DNA of 64,000 bases from Flavobacteriaceae bacterium (GCA_023954685.1 JAGSHF010000001.1:4768-68767); one strand, 5' to 3'. Shown: positions 9,070-19,371, counted from the first letter of the stretch. Numbers and translations are program-made. The notes: generated by a model not told the origin, from the sequence alone.

Positions 9070-10275
9070 ATGGAAAACTTACTGCAGAATGTAGAAAACC
9101 ATGTGCTTAATGTGTTAAGATCAAAATTAGAGCCCTCTTATTTGTATCATAATATTGGACACACATTACGTGTTGTGCGCGGTGTAGAAATACTTATCGA
9201 CGGTGAAAAAATTGATAATGAAGATGCAAACAAACTCAAGATAGCAGCTTGGTTTCATGATATTGGTTATATTAATGGTAGTGCTAATCATGAAGATAAA
9301 AGTGTTGAAATGGCGGCAGAATTTCTAAAAACTCAAAAAGTGAATGCTGCTTTTATTTCTAAAATATCAGCACTCATTTTAGCCACTAAAATGGGGCATG
9401 AAGCTCAAAATAATTTAGAATATATTATTAGAGATGCTGATAGTATGCATTTTGCACAAAAAGATTTTCTTGATATCAGTGAACTGTTAAGATTGGAATG
9501 GGAACAAACTTCAAATATATATTTAACCGAAATAGAATGGATTGAAAAAAATATTGAATTTTTCACTAGAAATCATACCTATTACAGCACATATGCTCTT
9601 GAAAATTGGCTACCTGTAAAAGACAAAAACCTAACATCACTCTACAAAAAATTAAGAAAACTTAAAATTGAAGACAAAAAGAATACTGAAAAATCTAAGG
9701 AATTAGCATTAAAAAAAACTAAGAAAATCACCCCTGAACGCGGTATAGAAACCATGTTTAGAGTAACCTTAAGAAATCATATTACCTTGAGCGATATTGC
9801 TGATACTAAAGCAAACATTTTACTTTCTGTCAATGCAATTATTATTTCAATGATATTGGCCAATTTGTTCCCTAAATTAGACAACCCTAGTAATGAACAT
9901 CTTATATGGCCTACGTTAATCTTAGTAGGGTTCACGTTAACCACAATGATATTTTCGGTAATTGCCACAAGACCGAATGTTACGAGTGGAAAATTCACAA
10001 AGGCTGATGTTAAAGCTCAAAAAGTCAACCTCTTATTTTTTGGAAACTTTCACAAAATGAAATTATCGGAATTTGAATGGGCCATAGGAGAGCTCATGAA
10101 AGATAGGAATTACCTGTACAGTTCCATGACCAAAGATTTATATTTTTTAGGTAAAGTATTGGATCGAAAATATAAAATTCTGAGAGTAGCCTATATGATT
10201 TTTGTTGCTGGCATTATTGCGAGTGTTATTGCTTTTGGCATAACATTCTTTAACATTGGAATAAGAGAGATTTAA
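9070..10275 (+). CDS. HD-domain phosphohydrolase fused to a C-terminal multi-pass membrane module (DUF5706/PycTM-like)
   Basis: 401 aa. HD motif (NIGHTLRV ... AAWFHDIGY) in the N-terminal half. The C-terminal half starts with RGIETMFRVTLRNHITLSDIADTKANILLSVNAIIISM and is followed by further hydrophobic helices. The PycTM-like call is from memory of that family signature. Confidence 0.65.
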   Translation: MENLLQNVENHVLNVLRSKLEPSYLYHNIGHTLRVVRGVEILIDGEKIDNEDANKLKIAAWFHDIGYINGSANHEDKSVEMAAEFLKTQKVNAAFISKISALILATKMGHEAQNNLEYIIRDADSMHFAQKDFLDISELLRLEWEQTSNIYLTEIEWIEKNIEFFTRNHTYYSTYALENWLPVKDKNLTSLYKKLRKLKIEDKKNTEKSKELALKKTKKITPERGIETMFRVTLRNHITLSDIADTKANILLSVNAIIISMILANLFPKLDNPSNEHLIWPTLILVGFTLTTMIFSVIATRPNVTSGKFTKADVKAQKVNLLFFGNFHKMKLSEFEWAIGELMKDRNYLYSSMTKDLYFLGKVLDRKYKILRVAYMIFVAGIIASVIAFGITFFNIGIREI

Positions 10276-12647
10276 TGTTCTAGTTCTTTCATTAAGTCCT
10301 TATAGGTGTAGAATTTCTCCTTTTTATCATTCTCTTTTTTATAAAGAACACTCACTTTGATAGCTTTTAACCCGGTAACAGCCTGTAAATCTTCAAGCTC
10401 CACTATTTGAACATCATCAGCCAAATAATGCTTTGTCTGTAAAAATGTGATGTATCTAAGATATTCTAATTCATCTTGTTTATGAGAATAAACAATAGTG
10501 ATTTTACCTTGTTCGGTCACCCTTTTTTTAGTGCCTTTTATATAAGATTTATCAACGCGTTTCTTGACAACTTCGTATCGAGCATTATAAGTACCATCAA
10601 CATCAAACTGCTTTTCATCCATTCTAAAACTAATGGTTAGCGGTGTGTTGAAAACCAATATCATAGTAGCAACATCTAAGGCCATTGGATAACTTGATCT
10701 CAAGTTATAATGTGTATTTTCCATATCGCACATGACCTGTAATTGCCATAAACGTAAATTATATAAATAAATTTTGTTAAAACTATCTTCCCTAGTTATT
10801 GACTCACCAATGTACATGTTATGCTCTACTCCATCGGTTTTAAACCGCTCATAAAAATGTGGGTACATAGCCTGCGCTTCTTGTTGTTTTTTATCAAGTA
10901 AAAAAGCCATTTCTTTATTGATGAGCATAATTGTATCATCATAATTTTTTCGGTGTTTATAAATGACCCCTAAATTATCATTAATACTATCAAAATAATG
11001 TGCAATGTCATCTTTATATTTCTCCTTACTATCTAAATGTTTGAATAAGTCAAAAATATCTGTCTTTAAAAAAACAGAAATCCTTTGCTCGGTATCCACT
11101 CTAAAAACAGCCGAAAGTAATTCTAAATACTGATTAATTTGAAAAATGAATTGCTCAAACAGTAGTAGTTTTTCATTTTCAAACAATACCATTAAAATTT
11201 CCTTGGCCAATAGAAGCTGTAATGTCAAATCTTTTTGAATAGCCTTATTTCTGGAATTTGAAGAATTCTTGATATCAATTTGTCCGAATAGAGGATATAC
11301 ATCTTTAAAAGATATTTTATGGAATTCAGAATGATTTCCCTTGGATTGCTCAAACAGATAACGCTTTGCTTCATCTTCAAATTTCCAAAATACGCTAGAA
11401 TGAATTGAAGTACACTTTTCTTGAATAATTAAATCAACCTTGTTTTCTTCTTCTTTCTTAGACCTTACTATTGCGGCCTTAACAAACGGCATGACATCTA
11501 ATAGCTTATGTTCCGATATACTATTTAAGAGCTTTGGCGTTTTTGACACAAATTCCATCACCCCTAACAACGTATCGTCGGCCACAAGAGGCACGAGTAT
11601 TGCACTTTTAAAACCTTGTTTTTTTAATGCAGATACTTGAGGGGATTTCCCTTTCGTTAATGCATCAATTTTATCAATATCAGATATGGTAAAAACCTTA
11701 TGGTTTTCAATTAATTCATTGAAAGATTTTGAACATAATGCATGAGCACAATCAATTTCAAATTTTTCATGAAGCAAATAACTTTCTACCGATTTGTCAT
11801 AAATAGGCATCAATGAATTTTTATTTAAATCGTATGATGAAAACCCAACTTTTAAATCTTGGATATTAAATAAAGACTGAAAAACAGCATGAACTTCTTC
11901 TTTTAACGGTATATTTTTGTTAATACCTTCATTTATTAAAAATGATTTTATGTTTGAAATCGATTGATCATCAGTGACATCAAAAATATTTGAGATAACA
12001 AACCCCTTAAAAACATAACTCTGAGGCGGAAATTTCTTTTTCCAAATATCAATATTTTCATAATTATCAATAAGCTCATCATAGTCATCTTGTGTGATTT
12101 CTGGAGCATTTTGAGTAGGTGAAATCTCTATAAAATCAGCATTATACAATATTTTATAATAACGCATCACACCATTTTTATCTGGAATTTCATATGAAAA
12201 CGGGCGTTTAAAATTTAGGCTATAACCATAGCAAAAATTCAAGATAATAGTACATGCAATAATATACTTATTATCCTGAGGCATATTTTTTATGTTTAAC
12301 TGAAAATTATCACCTGCTGTTTCTAATATTTTTTTAAATCGATCTGAAGAGTTAAATATTATATCTTCAAAAGGCACTGAGGCTGTTTTAATTTCATTAT
12401 CCGTTAAAACCTCACTGAAGGAATCTTGTAGAATAATACCTATCTCTTTTTTGTACTTTTGAAGTAAGTTCAAATCTGAAAATCCATCGCGAAGCTCAGG
12501 AATAGGCTTTTGAGTAGAAATAACACGCTTGGCTTTTGCCGCGATAAACTCATCATCACTTTCTACTAAATGTTCATAACGTTGAATAAGTTTATTGAAA
12601 CTTATTTTAACAATTAATGGTGAATCCAGTTCATTATTTAAATTCAT
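10272..12647 (-). CDS. GAF domain-containing protein of unknown function
   Basis: 791 aa with no signal peptide. The central segment ...AILVPLVADDTLLGVMEFVSKTP... looks like the end of a GAF fold. I could not assign the flanking ~300-aa N-terminal or ~380-aa C-terminal regions. Confidence 0.55.
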   Translation of the reverse strand: MNLNNELDSPLIVKISFNKLIQRYEHLVESDDEFIAAKAKRVISTQKPIPELRDGFSDLNLLQKYKKEIGIILQDSFSEVLTDNEIKTASVPFEDIIFNSSDRFKKILETAGDNFQLNIKNMPQDNKYIIACTIILNFCYGYSLNFKRPFSYEIPDKNGVMRYYKILYNADFIEISPTQNAPEITQDDYDELIDNYENIDIWKKKFPPQSYVFKGFVISNIFDVTDDQSISNIKSFLINEGINKNIPLKEEVHAVFQSLFNIQDLKVGFSSYDLNKNSLMPIYDKSVESYLLHEKFEIDCAHALCSKSFNELIENHKVFTISDIDKIDALTKGKSPQVSALKKQGFKSAILVPLVADDTLLGVMEFVSKTPKLLNSISEHKLLDVMPFVKAAIVRSKKEEENKVDLIIQEKCTSIHSSVFWKFEDEAKRYLFEQSKGNHSEFHKISFKDVYPLFGQIDIKNSSNSRNKAIQKDLTLQLLLAKEILMVLFENEKLLLFEQFIFQINQYLELLSAVFRVDTEQRISVFLKTDIFDLFKHLDSKEKYKDDIAHYFDSINDNLGVIYKHRKNYDDTIMLINKEMAFLLDKKQQEAQAMYPHFYERFKTDGVEHNMYIGESITREDSFNKIYLYNLRLWQLQVMCDMENTHYNLRSSYPMALDVATMILVFNTPLTISFRMDEKQFDVDGTYNARYEVVKKRVDKSYIKGTKKRVTEQGKITIVYSHKQDELEYLRYITFLQTKHYLADDVQIVELEDLQAVTGLKAIKVSVLYKKENDKKEKFYTYKDLMKELEH

Positions 12648-12768
12648 AACAACTTATTATAGACGATAAAAATACGAAATTATTGCTTTTATCGGACTTT
12701 CACTTATAATCTAACTTTTAATTTTCAATAAGAAACACCTTAAATTACCAAGAATACAAGAGCTCTGT

Positions 12769-14433
12769 CTACTTTTGCTTTTCTAGTAGAACTAAATCAA
12801 AAGAAGAGTTAAACAGCACCTTACCGTCAGCAACGATAATAGATTGTTTAGAATACGCATCCCAGATGGCATCCCCATTATTAAAAACCATTGACACATC
12901 AATATTTCTTTCTCCTGATTCCAAACCTAAACCAATAACAACCTGATCCGTATAGTTCCCCTTGGAATATTGTCTGGTAAAAACATATGGCTTTTCAGTA
13001 ATCATCTGATGCCTTCCTGTCCCTATTGCAGGATGTTCATGCCTAAACTTACCAAGCTTATGCCAATGACTTAAAAGCTCCTTTTTTGAATCCATTTCTT
13101 TCCAATCCATCATAGAACGCAAATTTGCATCGCCATTCGCCCCCTCATATATCAGTTTGCGGGCAATTTCGTCTCCATAATATATTTGAGCACTACCGGG
13201 AGACAACATAAGTTTGGTTGCAGTCTCAAAAGGTTTTTCTCTATTAGGATCAAATGGATTTCCATCATCATGAGAGCTTAAATAATTGAGTACAGTATAA
13301 CCTTTTAAACTTGAATGCAGAATAGAATCATATTTAGAAAACAAATCTTCATATCCCATTTGAGCAGCATTCCATTTAAACTCAAAATTTATTGAACTTG
13401 TAAATGCTTCATCAAAATAATCCACTTTTTTATCACCAAAATCAAAATATCGTCCGCCGCTAATCCCATAATTATACACCTCGGCAACTAAATAAAATGC
13501 GTTGTCATCCAATACTTTTTCGGGGTTGGCTTTTTTATATTCAGAAAACGCGTAATCACATTCCTTTCTAAATTCCTGCCAAACATTTTCCTCTGTATGC
13601 TTTACAGTATCTGCCCTATAGCCATCAATGCCGAATTCTGTAATATAATCCGTCAGCCATTTCATGATATAAAATCGTGGTGCCCGTGGATGTCCTGTTC
13701 GTTCAAAAAATGAATCTAGTTCAGCCAATTCAAGTTCATAACGGCCTTCAGATTTCCATTTCTCTACCAATTGCGGTGGTAGTTCTGCAGCGTCATTACT
13801 TTCTGTCTTAATATCGGGAAGTCCAACTAATGAGCAAACGATATTATTTTCATAGCTATCAAAAGTGCATAGTGGGGTTTTGCGTGCCCATGCCTCGGGC
13901 CATAAAGGGTCTAGTTCCGTATCTCTTCCCGTATGATTTATTACGGCATCCAATACTATTCTAATACCATTTTCATGCGCCGTAGCAACAAGATCATGCA
14001 AATCTTCTGGAGACCCAAAATTTGGATCTAATGCTGTCCAATCCTTTGTCCAATAACCGTGAAACCCATAAGTAAGGCCGGTACCTTCGTCAACCGCTCC
14101 ATGAATTTGCTCTACAATAGGCGTCATCCAAATGGCATTAATTCCTAAATCATTAAAATAGCCTTCTTTAATTTTTTGAGTAACACCTTTAAGGTCGCCG
14201 CCTTCAAATCCTCTCAATACTGCCGTTTCTTTTGTTCTTTCAAAATTAATGTCATTTGTTGGATCCCCATTGTGAAATCTATCTGTCAATAAAAAATAGA
14301 TATTGGCAGCTTCCCAAAGAAACGGTGGGTTTACGGGATTAGCCTCTAATGCAGCATTTTTTAGTAATTGTTTTTCATTTTTACAACTTAACACAATTAC
14401 TAAAGCAAATAAAACTAGTGTAGTCTTTTTCAT
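12769..14433 (-). CDS. GH13 alpha-amylase family lipoprotein
   Basis: 554 aa with lipobox LSCKNE. GH13 conserved regions VLDAVINHTG, GIDGYRADTVKH, LVAEVYNY and YLSSHDD. Confidence 0.9.
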   Translation of the reverse strand: MKKTTLVLFALVIVLSCKNEKQLLKNAALEANPVNPPFLWEAANIYFLLTDRFHNGDPTNDINFERTKETAVLRGFEGGDLKGVTQKIKEGYFNDLGINAIWMTPIVEQIHGAVDEGTGLTYGFHGYWTKDWTALDPNFGSPEDLHDLVATAHENGIRIVLDAVINHTGRDTELDPLWPEAWARKTPLCTFDSYENNIVCSLVGLPDIKTESNDAAELPPQLVEKWKSEGRYELELAELDSFFERTGHPRAPRFYIMKWLTDYITEFGIDGYRADTVKHTEENVWQEFRKECDYAFSEYKKANPEKVLDDNAFYLVAEVYNYGISGGRYFDFGDKKVDYFDEAFTSSINFEFKWNAAQMGYEDLFSKYDSILHSSLKGYTVLNYLSSHDDGNPFDPNREKPFETATKLMLSPGSAQIYYGDEIARKLIYEGANGDANLRSMMDWKEMDSKKELLSHWHKLGKFRHEHPAIGTGRHQMITEKPYVFTRQYSKGNYTDQVVIGLGLESGERNIDVSMVFNNGDAIWDAYSKQSIIVADGKVLFNSSFDLVLLEKQK

Positions 14434-14439
14434 AGTATC

Positions 14440-15879
14440 TTAATGAATCAATATTTTATATTCCCAAGGCTTCAACACTAAGCGCCCTATTGAAATATCA
14501 ATTTTTGTATTCGTAATGTAATCTAAATACATTCCGGTTAAATCATGATCAATCGTTTGTTCCTCTTTTGATAAATTCCCAATAAACGTAATTTCACTTT
14601 TATTTTTGGCGCGATTAAATACCAAAACATTCTCATTAGCAACCTCCGTTCTCGTATATGAAGCCGCTTGTTTTCCTCCATTTAGAGCGTCATTTTGATT
14701 TTTCAGTTTTCCTAGTTTTTCTAAAAGCGGCCATGATTTCCCTTTTATTTTAGGGATCTCATCCTTTTCGAAAAACTTCAAGCGGTGTTTTAAATCATAC
14801 TCTTGTCCCGAATAAATCAATGGCATCCCAGGAGCTACATAACTTAAAGCGAGCATAATTTCTGAAGCATCACCCATTCGTTCTTCTACGCTACCATTCC
14901 ATGAATTCTCATCGTGATTGGTAATAAAATTCATTAGAATATCATCCAGTCCATAGATCGAATTTATTTGGTTCATTCTCTCATCCCAGGCTTCTACTTT
15001 CTTCTCACCTTTCGCGATATAATTCATCACGTGATGAGTATCCCAACCATAGCCCATATCAAACAAGTTGTCTTTCATTAATTCATGTTCCCAGGCTTCC
15101 GCAAGCATAAAAAGCTCTTTTTTAGCGCGCAACTGAGGAATGGCTTCCTCCCAAAACTCTAACGGTACAGAGCCCGCAACATCGCATCTAAATCCATCAA
15201 TATTTTCTTCTGTAACCCAGTGCATCATATCTTCGATCATTTCCTTTCTCATCTCCTGATTGTCATAATTTAAATCGGCCACATCGGCCCAACCTACGGG
15301 TGTTCCATCATCATTCAATGGGTCCGTAATTTCGCCATCTGCATTTTTTGTATAATAATCAGGATGTTCACTTATCCAAATATGATCCCAACCCGTATGA
15401 TTGGGCACCCAATCTAAAATGACATACATACCATTGTCATGGGCAGTTTTTACTAATTTTCTAAAATCCTCAATGTTTCCAAATTCTGGATTCACCTTAG
15501 TGAAATCTGAAACTGCATAATAACTGCCTAACATTTTTTTGCGTTCAGCTTCATCTTCAATTAAACTAGCAAAATCACCACCAGTTGCTTTTCTGTTAGT
15601 CTCTGAAATTGGAAAAATGGGCATTATCCAAATTATTTTTACTCCTAATTGTTTTAACTGAGGAATATCTTTTGTAAAAGCATCAAAAGAGCCCTCACGG
15701 GAATATTGACGGATATTAGCCTCGTATATTACTGCCGATTCGATCATGGCATCACTTACAGGAGCTAATGCTTTAGTGTCTATATCAACAGTTCCTGCCT
15801 CCAATTTAATTTCCTCGTTTTTATCCTTGCAGGACACTAATAATGTTAATGCTATGGCAAATGTTACAAGTTGTTTCAT
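14440..15879 (-). CDS. GH13 alpha-amylase family lipoprotein
   Basis: 479 aa with lipobox LVSCKDK. GH13 regions ILDWVPNHTG, IDGFRCDVAG, MLAEAWE and FITNHDENS. Confidence 0.9.
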   Translation of the reverse strand: MKQLVTFAIALTLLVSCKDKNEEIKLEAGTVDIDTKALAPVSDAMIESAVIYEANIRQYSREGSFDAFTKDIPQLKQLGVKIIWIMPIFPISETNRKATGGDFASLIEDEAERKKMLGSYYAVSDFTKVNPEFGNIEDFRKLVKTAHDNGMYVILDWVPNHTGWDHIWISEHPDYYTKNADGEITDPLNDDGTPVGWADVADLNYDNQEMRKEMIEDMMHWVTEENIDGFRCDVAGSVPLEFWEEAIPQLRAKKELFMLAEAWEHELMKDNLFDMGYGWDTHHVMNYIAKGEKKVEAWDERMNQINSIYGLDDILMNFITNHDENSWNGSVEERMGDASEIMLALSYVAPGMPLIYSGQEYDLKHRLKFFEKDEIPKIKGKSWPLLEKLGKLKNQNDALNGGKQAASYTRTEVANENVLVFNRAKNKSEITFIGNLSKEEQTIDHDLTGMYLDYITNTKIDISIGRLVLKPWEYKILIH

Positions 15880-15882
15880 TAC

Positions 15883-18800
15883 TTATTTTTTAAGTTTTAC
15901 TTTTATTTCAATATTGTCTTTTATATTCCAAGTAACGGGAATAGTCAAAGTGTTTTTAGTGGCATCCCATTGTGAATCAAACTTTTTGCTGCCAACTGTA
16001 AGATCTTCAGGCACCTCTTTTATGTTATGAATAACAAGTGTTATTATTTTATCTCTAACCTGATAATTTTCTCCCAACTCAGCTTCAAATTCAATCTCTA
16101 GACCGTCTTTATCAGGCTTACTCTTAAATGCTAACAACTCATATGCGCCTTTTTCGTAAGCTTCAGGCGTTAGACCATCATCATTATAAAGATTTCTTAA
16201 ATTGCTTTCCACTGATGCATCGTAATAATAGTGTAATTCAAAGGAGTCTATATTATAATTATCGGTAGATTGCACTAATTCTGCCAAAGGAATGAATGCT
16301 CCAGCCCTCACATAGGTAGGAATATGATCTTCTTTTGTTTTCACTGTTTTGGTCTGTCCACCTTGAAATTTTGCATCAGTATAAAAGTCAAACCACACGT
16401 TATCTTTAGGAAAGTATATTTCTTTTTCTATCACGCCAGGATTAACAATAGGCGTGATTAAAAAATCCTTACCCCACAAATAAGTTGAAGCGTTTGTTAA
16501 TTGTACTCCATTTTCTGGTTCTTCAAAAAATAAGGGCCGCATTAAAGGTGTACCTGATTTATTGTTCTCAAAAGCAAGGGTATAATTGTAAGGTAATAAT
16601 TGGTAACGTAACTCTATAGATTTCTGAGCCAATTGCCTTGTTTTTTCTTCTCTAAACACAGGCTCACTCGGCACAACTTCTTGACCGTGCGGTCTAAATA
16701 TGGGCTGAAAAACGCCATATTGTAACCATCGTGTGTACAGCTCATCATCTAAATTTGCGCCTGCAAATCCACCTAAATCAGAATGCATATAACCTAAACC
16801 TTGCATCGCCATTTGCAAGGCAATTTCAGTTTGACTTTGTAATCCTCCCCAGGTTCTATTAACATCACCAGACCACGGTATTAGTCCGTAACGTTGGGAC
16901 CCAGAATAGCCCGCCCTCATAAGAATAAATGGACGTATATTTGGAAAATCGCGTTGATAACCCTCATAAACCAATCGCGCCCAATCGTGTCCGTAAATAT
17001 TATGAACCTCATCTGCTGCTCCTGTGGCATGCAGTAATTTTGAAGGATGCACCTCTGGTTCGCCTAAATCGCCCCATATACCACTTACGCCTTTGGAAAC
17101 AATCTCATCTTTATAAATATCCCAAAACCATTGCTCAGCTTCTGGTTTGTAAATATCAATAAGCCCTGTATTGCCAAAATAAAAATCGTATTTATATGGA
17201 TTGCCTTTTGAATCTTTCGCCAATACCTCCGCTTTCACCGCCTCATCCCAGCGCTTTGATGTGGTTAAAACAAAAGGCTCTGTAATCACCACTGTTTTAA
17301 CGCCTTTAGTATTCAAACGTTTTATCATACCTTCAAAATCAGGAAAAGAATCTCTAAAAACTTCAAGGTTACCCATGGTACCTTGAATCTCTTTCCCAAA
17401 CCAGTACAAATCCAAAACAACCGCATCGACAGGTATATTTTCTGCTTTAAATTTAGCTATGGTATTTTCGGTTTCTTCTTGCGAATGGTAACCAAATCTG
17501 CTCGAAAAATTACCAAAAGCCCAACGGGGTGGCAAAGGTTGTTTTCCTGTTAAATCGGTATAATTATTTATAATATCAAACCAAGAATCACCAACAATAA
17601 TTTGATAGGTTTTTCTTCCTGAAATAGTTTCATAAGTAAGGGTATTATTGTTTTTACTATCTAAATCTAAATACCCAATGGGCGCATTATCAAAATGGAT
17701 CATGTATTGGTTTGATGATATCACTATTGGTAGTGTGTAATTCATCAAATCACTTTCGGTTTCATAGCCATAATGTGCCTTATTATAGAGTTGTAAGCGA
17801 TTTCCTCTTCGATTCATTCCGAGTGCACGAGCGCCTCCTCCATATAAAACTTCATCTGGAGTAAGCTTAAGCTGGATGGCCTCACCATACTGGGTTTTGT
17901 AATAACCTTTCCCTTCTGAAGTGATCAATTTACCTTTGTAAACATATGATATTTTAAAGGGTTTTTCTTGTACAATCACTTCAATTCCATCGGAAGAAAT
18001 AGTCGTTTGTCCTTTTTCAACATTTGAAAGCAAATCTATTTTTCTTCTTGGTTTTATAACCGCATGTGATACTTTACTATTTTCCTGGCCTTCAGGAACA
18101 AAGGTGGTTTCAATAATTTCAGAAGAATAAAAGTCGATGCTGTATTTCCCATCACTTACTTCAATATTCAATCCATTATCGGTTTGTTTTAGACTTCTAA
18201 ACTCTCGCTCTCTTTTGGCCTCCGGAAATAGCCAAGTTATAGCTTCTTGAAAATTATCTCGCCAGAGCCTTTCATTGTGCTTTCCTTCAGGAACAACTTT
18301 TGATGTAATATTTTTAGAAGGAAAACCAACGTTTTCTAAAATCGCGATCATGTTGCTCATATCAACAACGGTTCGGCTTATCTCATCAAATCTAGTGTCA
18401 TTACCTTCTCTCCCTCCTGCCAAAAAATACATTTTGGTATCTTGAATATTACCCTTTTCTTTTGAAAACTCATTAATCTCAGGCGCAAACCAAAACGCAG
18501 GCGAATACACCCCAATTTTCCCAAAAACTTTTGGGTATTTTAGAGCTGCATAGTGTGATATCAGTCCACCCATGGAACTACCAAAAATCGCGGTGTTTTC
18601 TTTTTGAGTCAAGGTTTTGTAATTGGCATCAATGTGAGGTTTCAAGGTATTCACGATAAACTCCAAATATTCATCGCCTTCTCCTCCGCCATACTTGGGG
18701 TTAACCCATGGTGAATATTCATCCAATCGCTTGTCATCGCCATTATCAATACCAACAACTATCATTTTAAACCCAGATTCATAAAAAAGTTTATTTAAGG

Positions 18801-19365
18801 TTTCGTCCACATTCCATTCACCTGCATAAGCTGTTTTTGTATCAAAAATATTTTGAGCGTCGTGCATATATAGCACGGGATAACGCTCATTAGTCATATT
18901 ATAATCAGGAGGCAAATACAACCAAACTCTTCTTTTTCTATCCAGTTGTGGAATTTCAAAAGCTTCGGCCAAGACTTGTACATTATCCTGAACAGTAGAT
19001 GGCACTAATGTGCTTGCAGGACCCCATTTTTCAATTGAGACATAAAAAACTTCGGGTTTGTTTTTACAAGTATAGGATCTGTTATCAATTTTATTCCCTT
19101 TAACGTCCAATTCTTCCGTATCCCATGAGCCCAAAGTAAACTTAAACTTGAAATTACAAATGTCCTTAGGAAGTGTAATTGAATATTTTTTATCACTATA
19201 TCTAAACTTATAATCTTTACCACCAGACCAACCTTCAAAACTTCCAGAAATATAAATTGGTTGTTCAAAGTCATGCCCTTCTGGAAGCTCGTTAATTACA
19301 AAAGTTACTTGAGCAAAACTAAAATTTATAAAGAGAAAAAGGATTAACCCAAATACTGATCTCAT
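15883..19365 (-). CDS. three-part fusion of an N-terminal CBM-like beta-sandwich, an esterase-family alpha/beta hydrolase and a GH31 alpha-glucosidase
   Basis: 1160 aa with a signal peptide.
- aa ~20-115: GSFEGWSGG...FKFKFTLGSW, a carbohydrate-binding-like module.
- aa ~125-385: putative esterase fold (RYPVLYMHDAQNIFD, GxSxG nucleophile FGSSMGG at Ser264).
- aa ~390-1160: GH31 (GIWGDLGEPE nucleophile region, IPWSGDVNRTW acid/base region). Confidence 0.8.
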   Translation of the reverse strand: MRSVFGLILFLFINFSFAQVTFVINELPEGHDFEQPIYISGSFEGWSGGKDYKFRYSDKKYSITLPKDICNFKFKFTLGSWDTEELDVKGNKIDNRSYTCKNKPEVFYVSIEKWGPASTLVPSTVQDNVQVLAEAFEIPQLDRKRRVWLYLPPDYNMTNERYPVLYMHDAQNIFDTKTAYAGEWNVDETLNKLFYESGFKMIVVGIDNGDDKRLDEYSPWVNPKYGGGEGDEYLEFIVNTLKPHIDANYKTLTQKENTAIFGSSMGGLISHYAALKYPKVFGKIGVYSPAFWFAPEINEFSKEKGNIQDTKMYFLAGGREGNDTRFDEISRTVVDMSNMIAILENVGFPSKNITSKVVPEGKHNERLWRDNFQEAITWLFPEAKREREFRSLKQTDNGLNIEVSDGKYSIDFYSSEIIETTFVPEGQENSKVSHAVIKPRRKIDLLSNVEKGQTTISSDGIEVIVQEKPFKISYVYKGKLITSEGKGYYKTQYGEAIQLKLTPDEVLYGGGARALGMNRRGNRLQLYNKAHYGYETESDLMNYTLPIVISSNQYMIHFDNAPIGYLDLDSKNNNTLTYETISGRKTYQIIVGDSWFDIINNYTDLTGKQPLPPRWAFGNFSSRFGYHSQEETENTIAKFKAENIPVDAVVLDLYWFGKEIQGTMGNLEVFRDSFPDFEGMIKRLNTKGVKTVVITEPFVLTTSKRWDEAVKAEVLAKDSKGNPYKYDFYFGNTGLIDIYKPEAEQWFWDIYKDEIVSKGVSGIWGDLGEPEVHPSKLLHATGAADEVHNIYGHDWARLVYEGYQRDFPNIRPFILMRAGYSGSQRYGLIPWSGDVNRTWGGLQSQTEIALQMAMQGLGYMHSDLGGFAGANLDDELYTRWLQYGVFQPIFRPHGQEVVPSEPVFREEKTRQLAQKSIELRYQLLPYNYTLAFENNKSGTPLMRPLFFEEPENGVQLTNASTYLWGKDFLITPIVNPGVIEKEIYFPKDNVWFDFYTDAKFQGGQTKTVKTKEDHIPTYVRAGAFIPLAELVQSTDNYNIDSFELHYYYDASVESNLRNLYNDDGLTPEAYEKGAYELLAFKSKPDKDGLEIEFEAELGENYQVRDKIITLVIHNIKEVPEDLTVGSKKFDSQWDATKNTLTIPVTWNIKDNIEIKVKLKK

Positions 19366-19371
19366 GTTGTC

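Noticed and set aside
9070-12647. Calling the HD-PycTM-like gene a complete Pycsar/CBASS-type anti-phage system
   Set aside because: No nucleotide cyclase or other defence hallmark is adjacent, and the flanking genes are housekeeping. I report only the domain resemblance.
12660-12710. CGATAAAA...TTTTATCG inverted repeat as a terminator of the minus-strand starch operon
   Set aside because: The stem is only 8 bp and AT-rich, the loop is 14 nt, and there is no clear U-tract on the minus strand. This is too weak to annotate.
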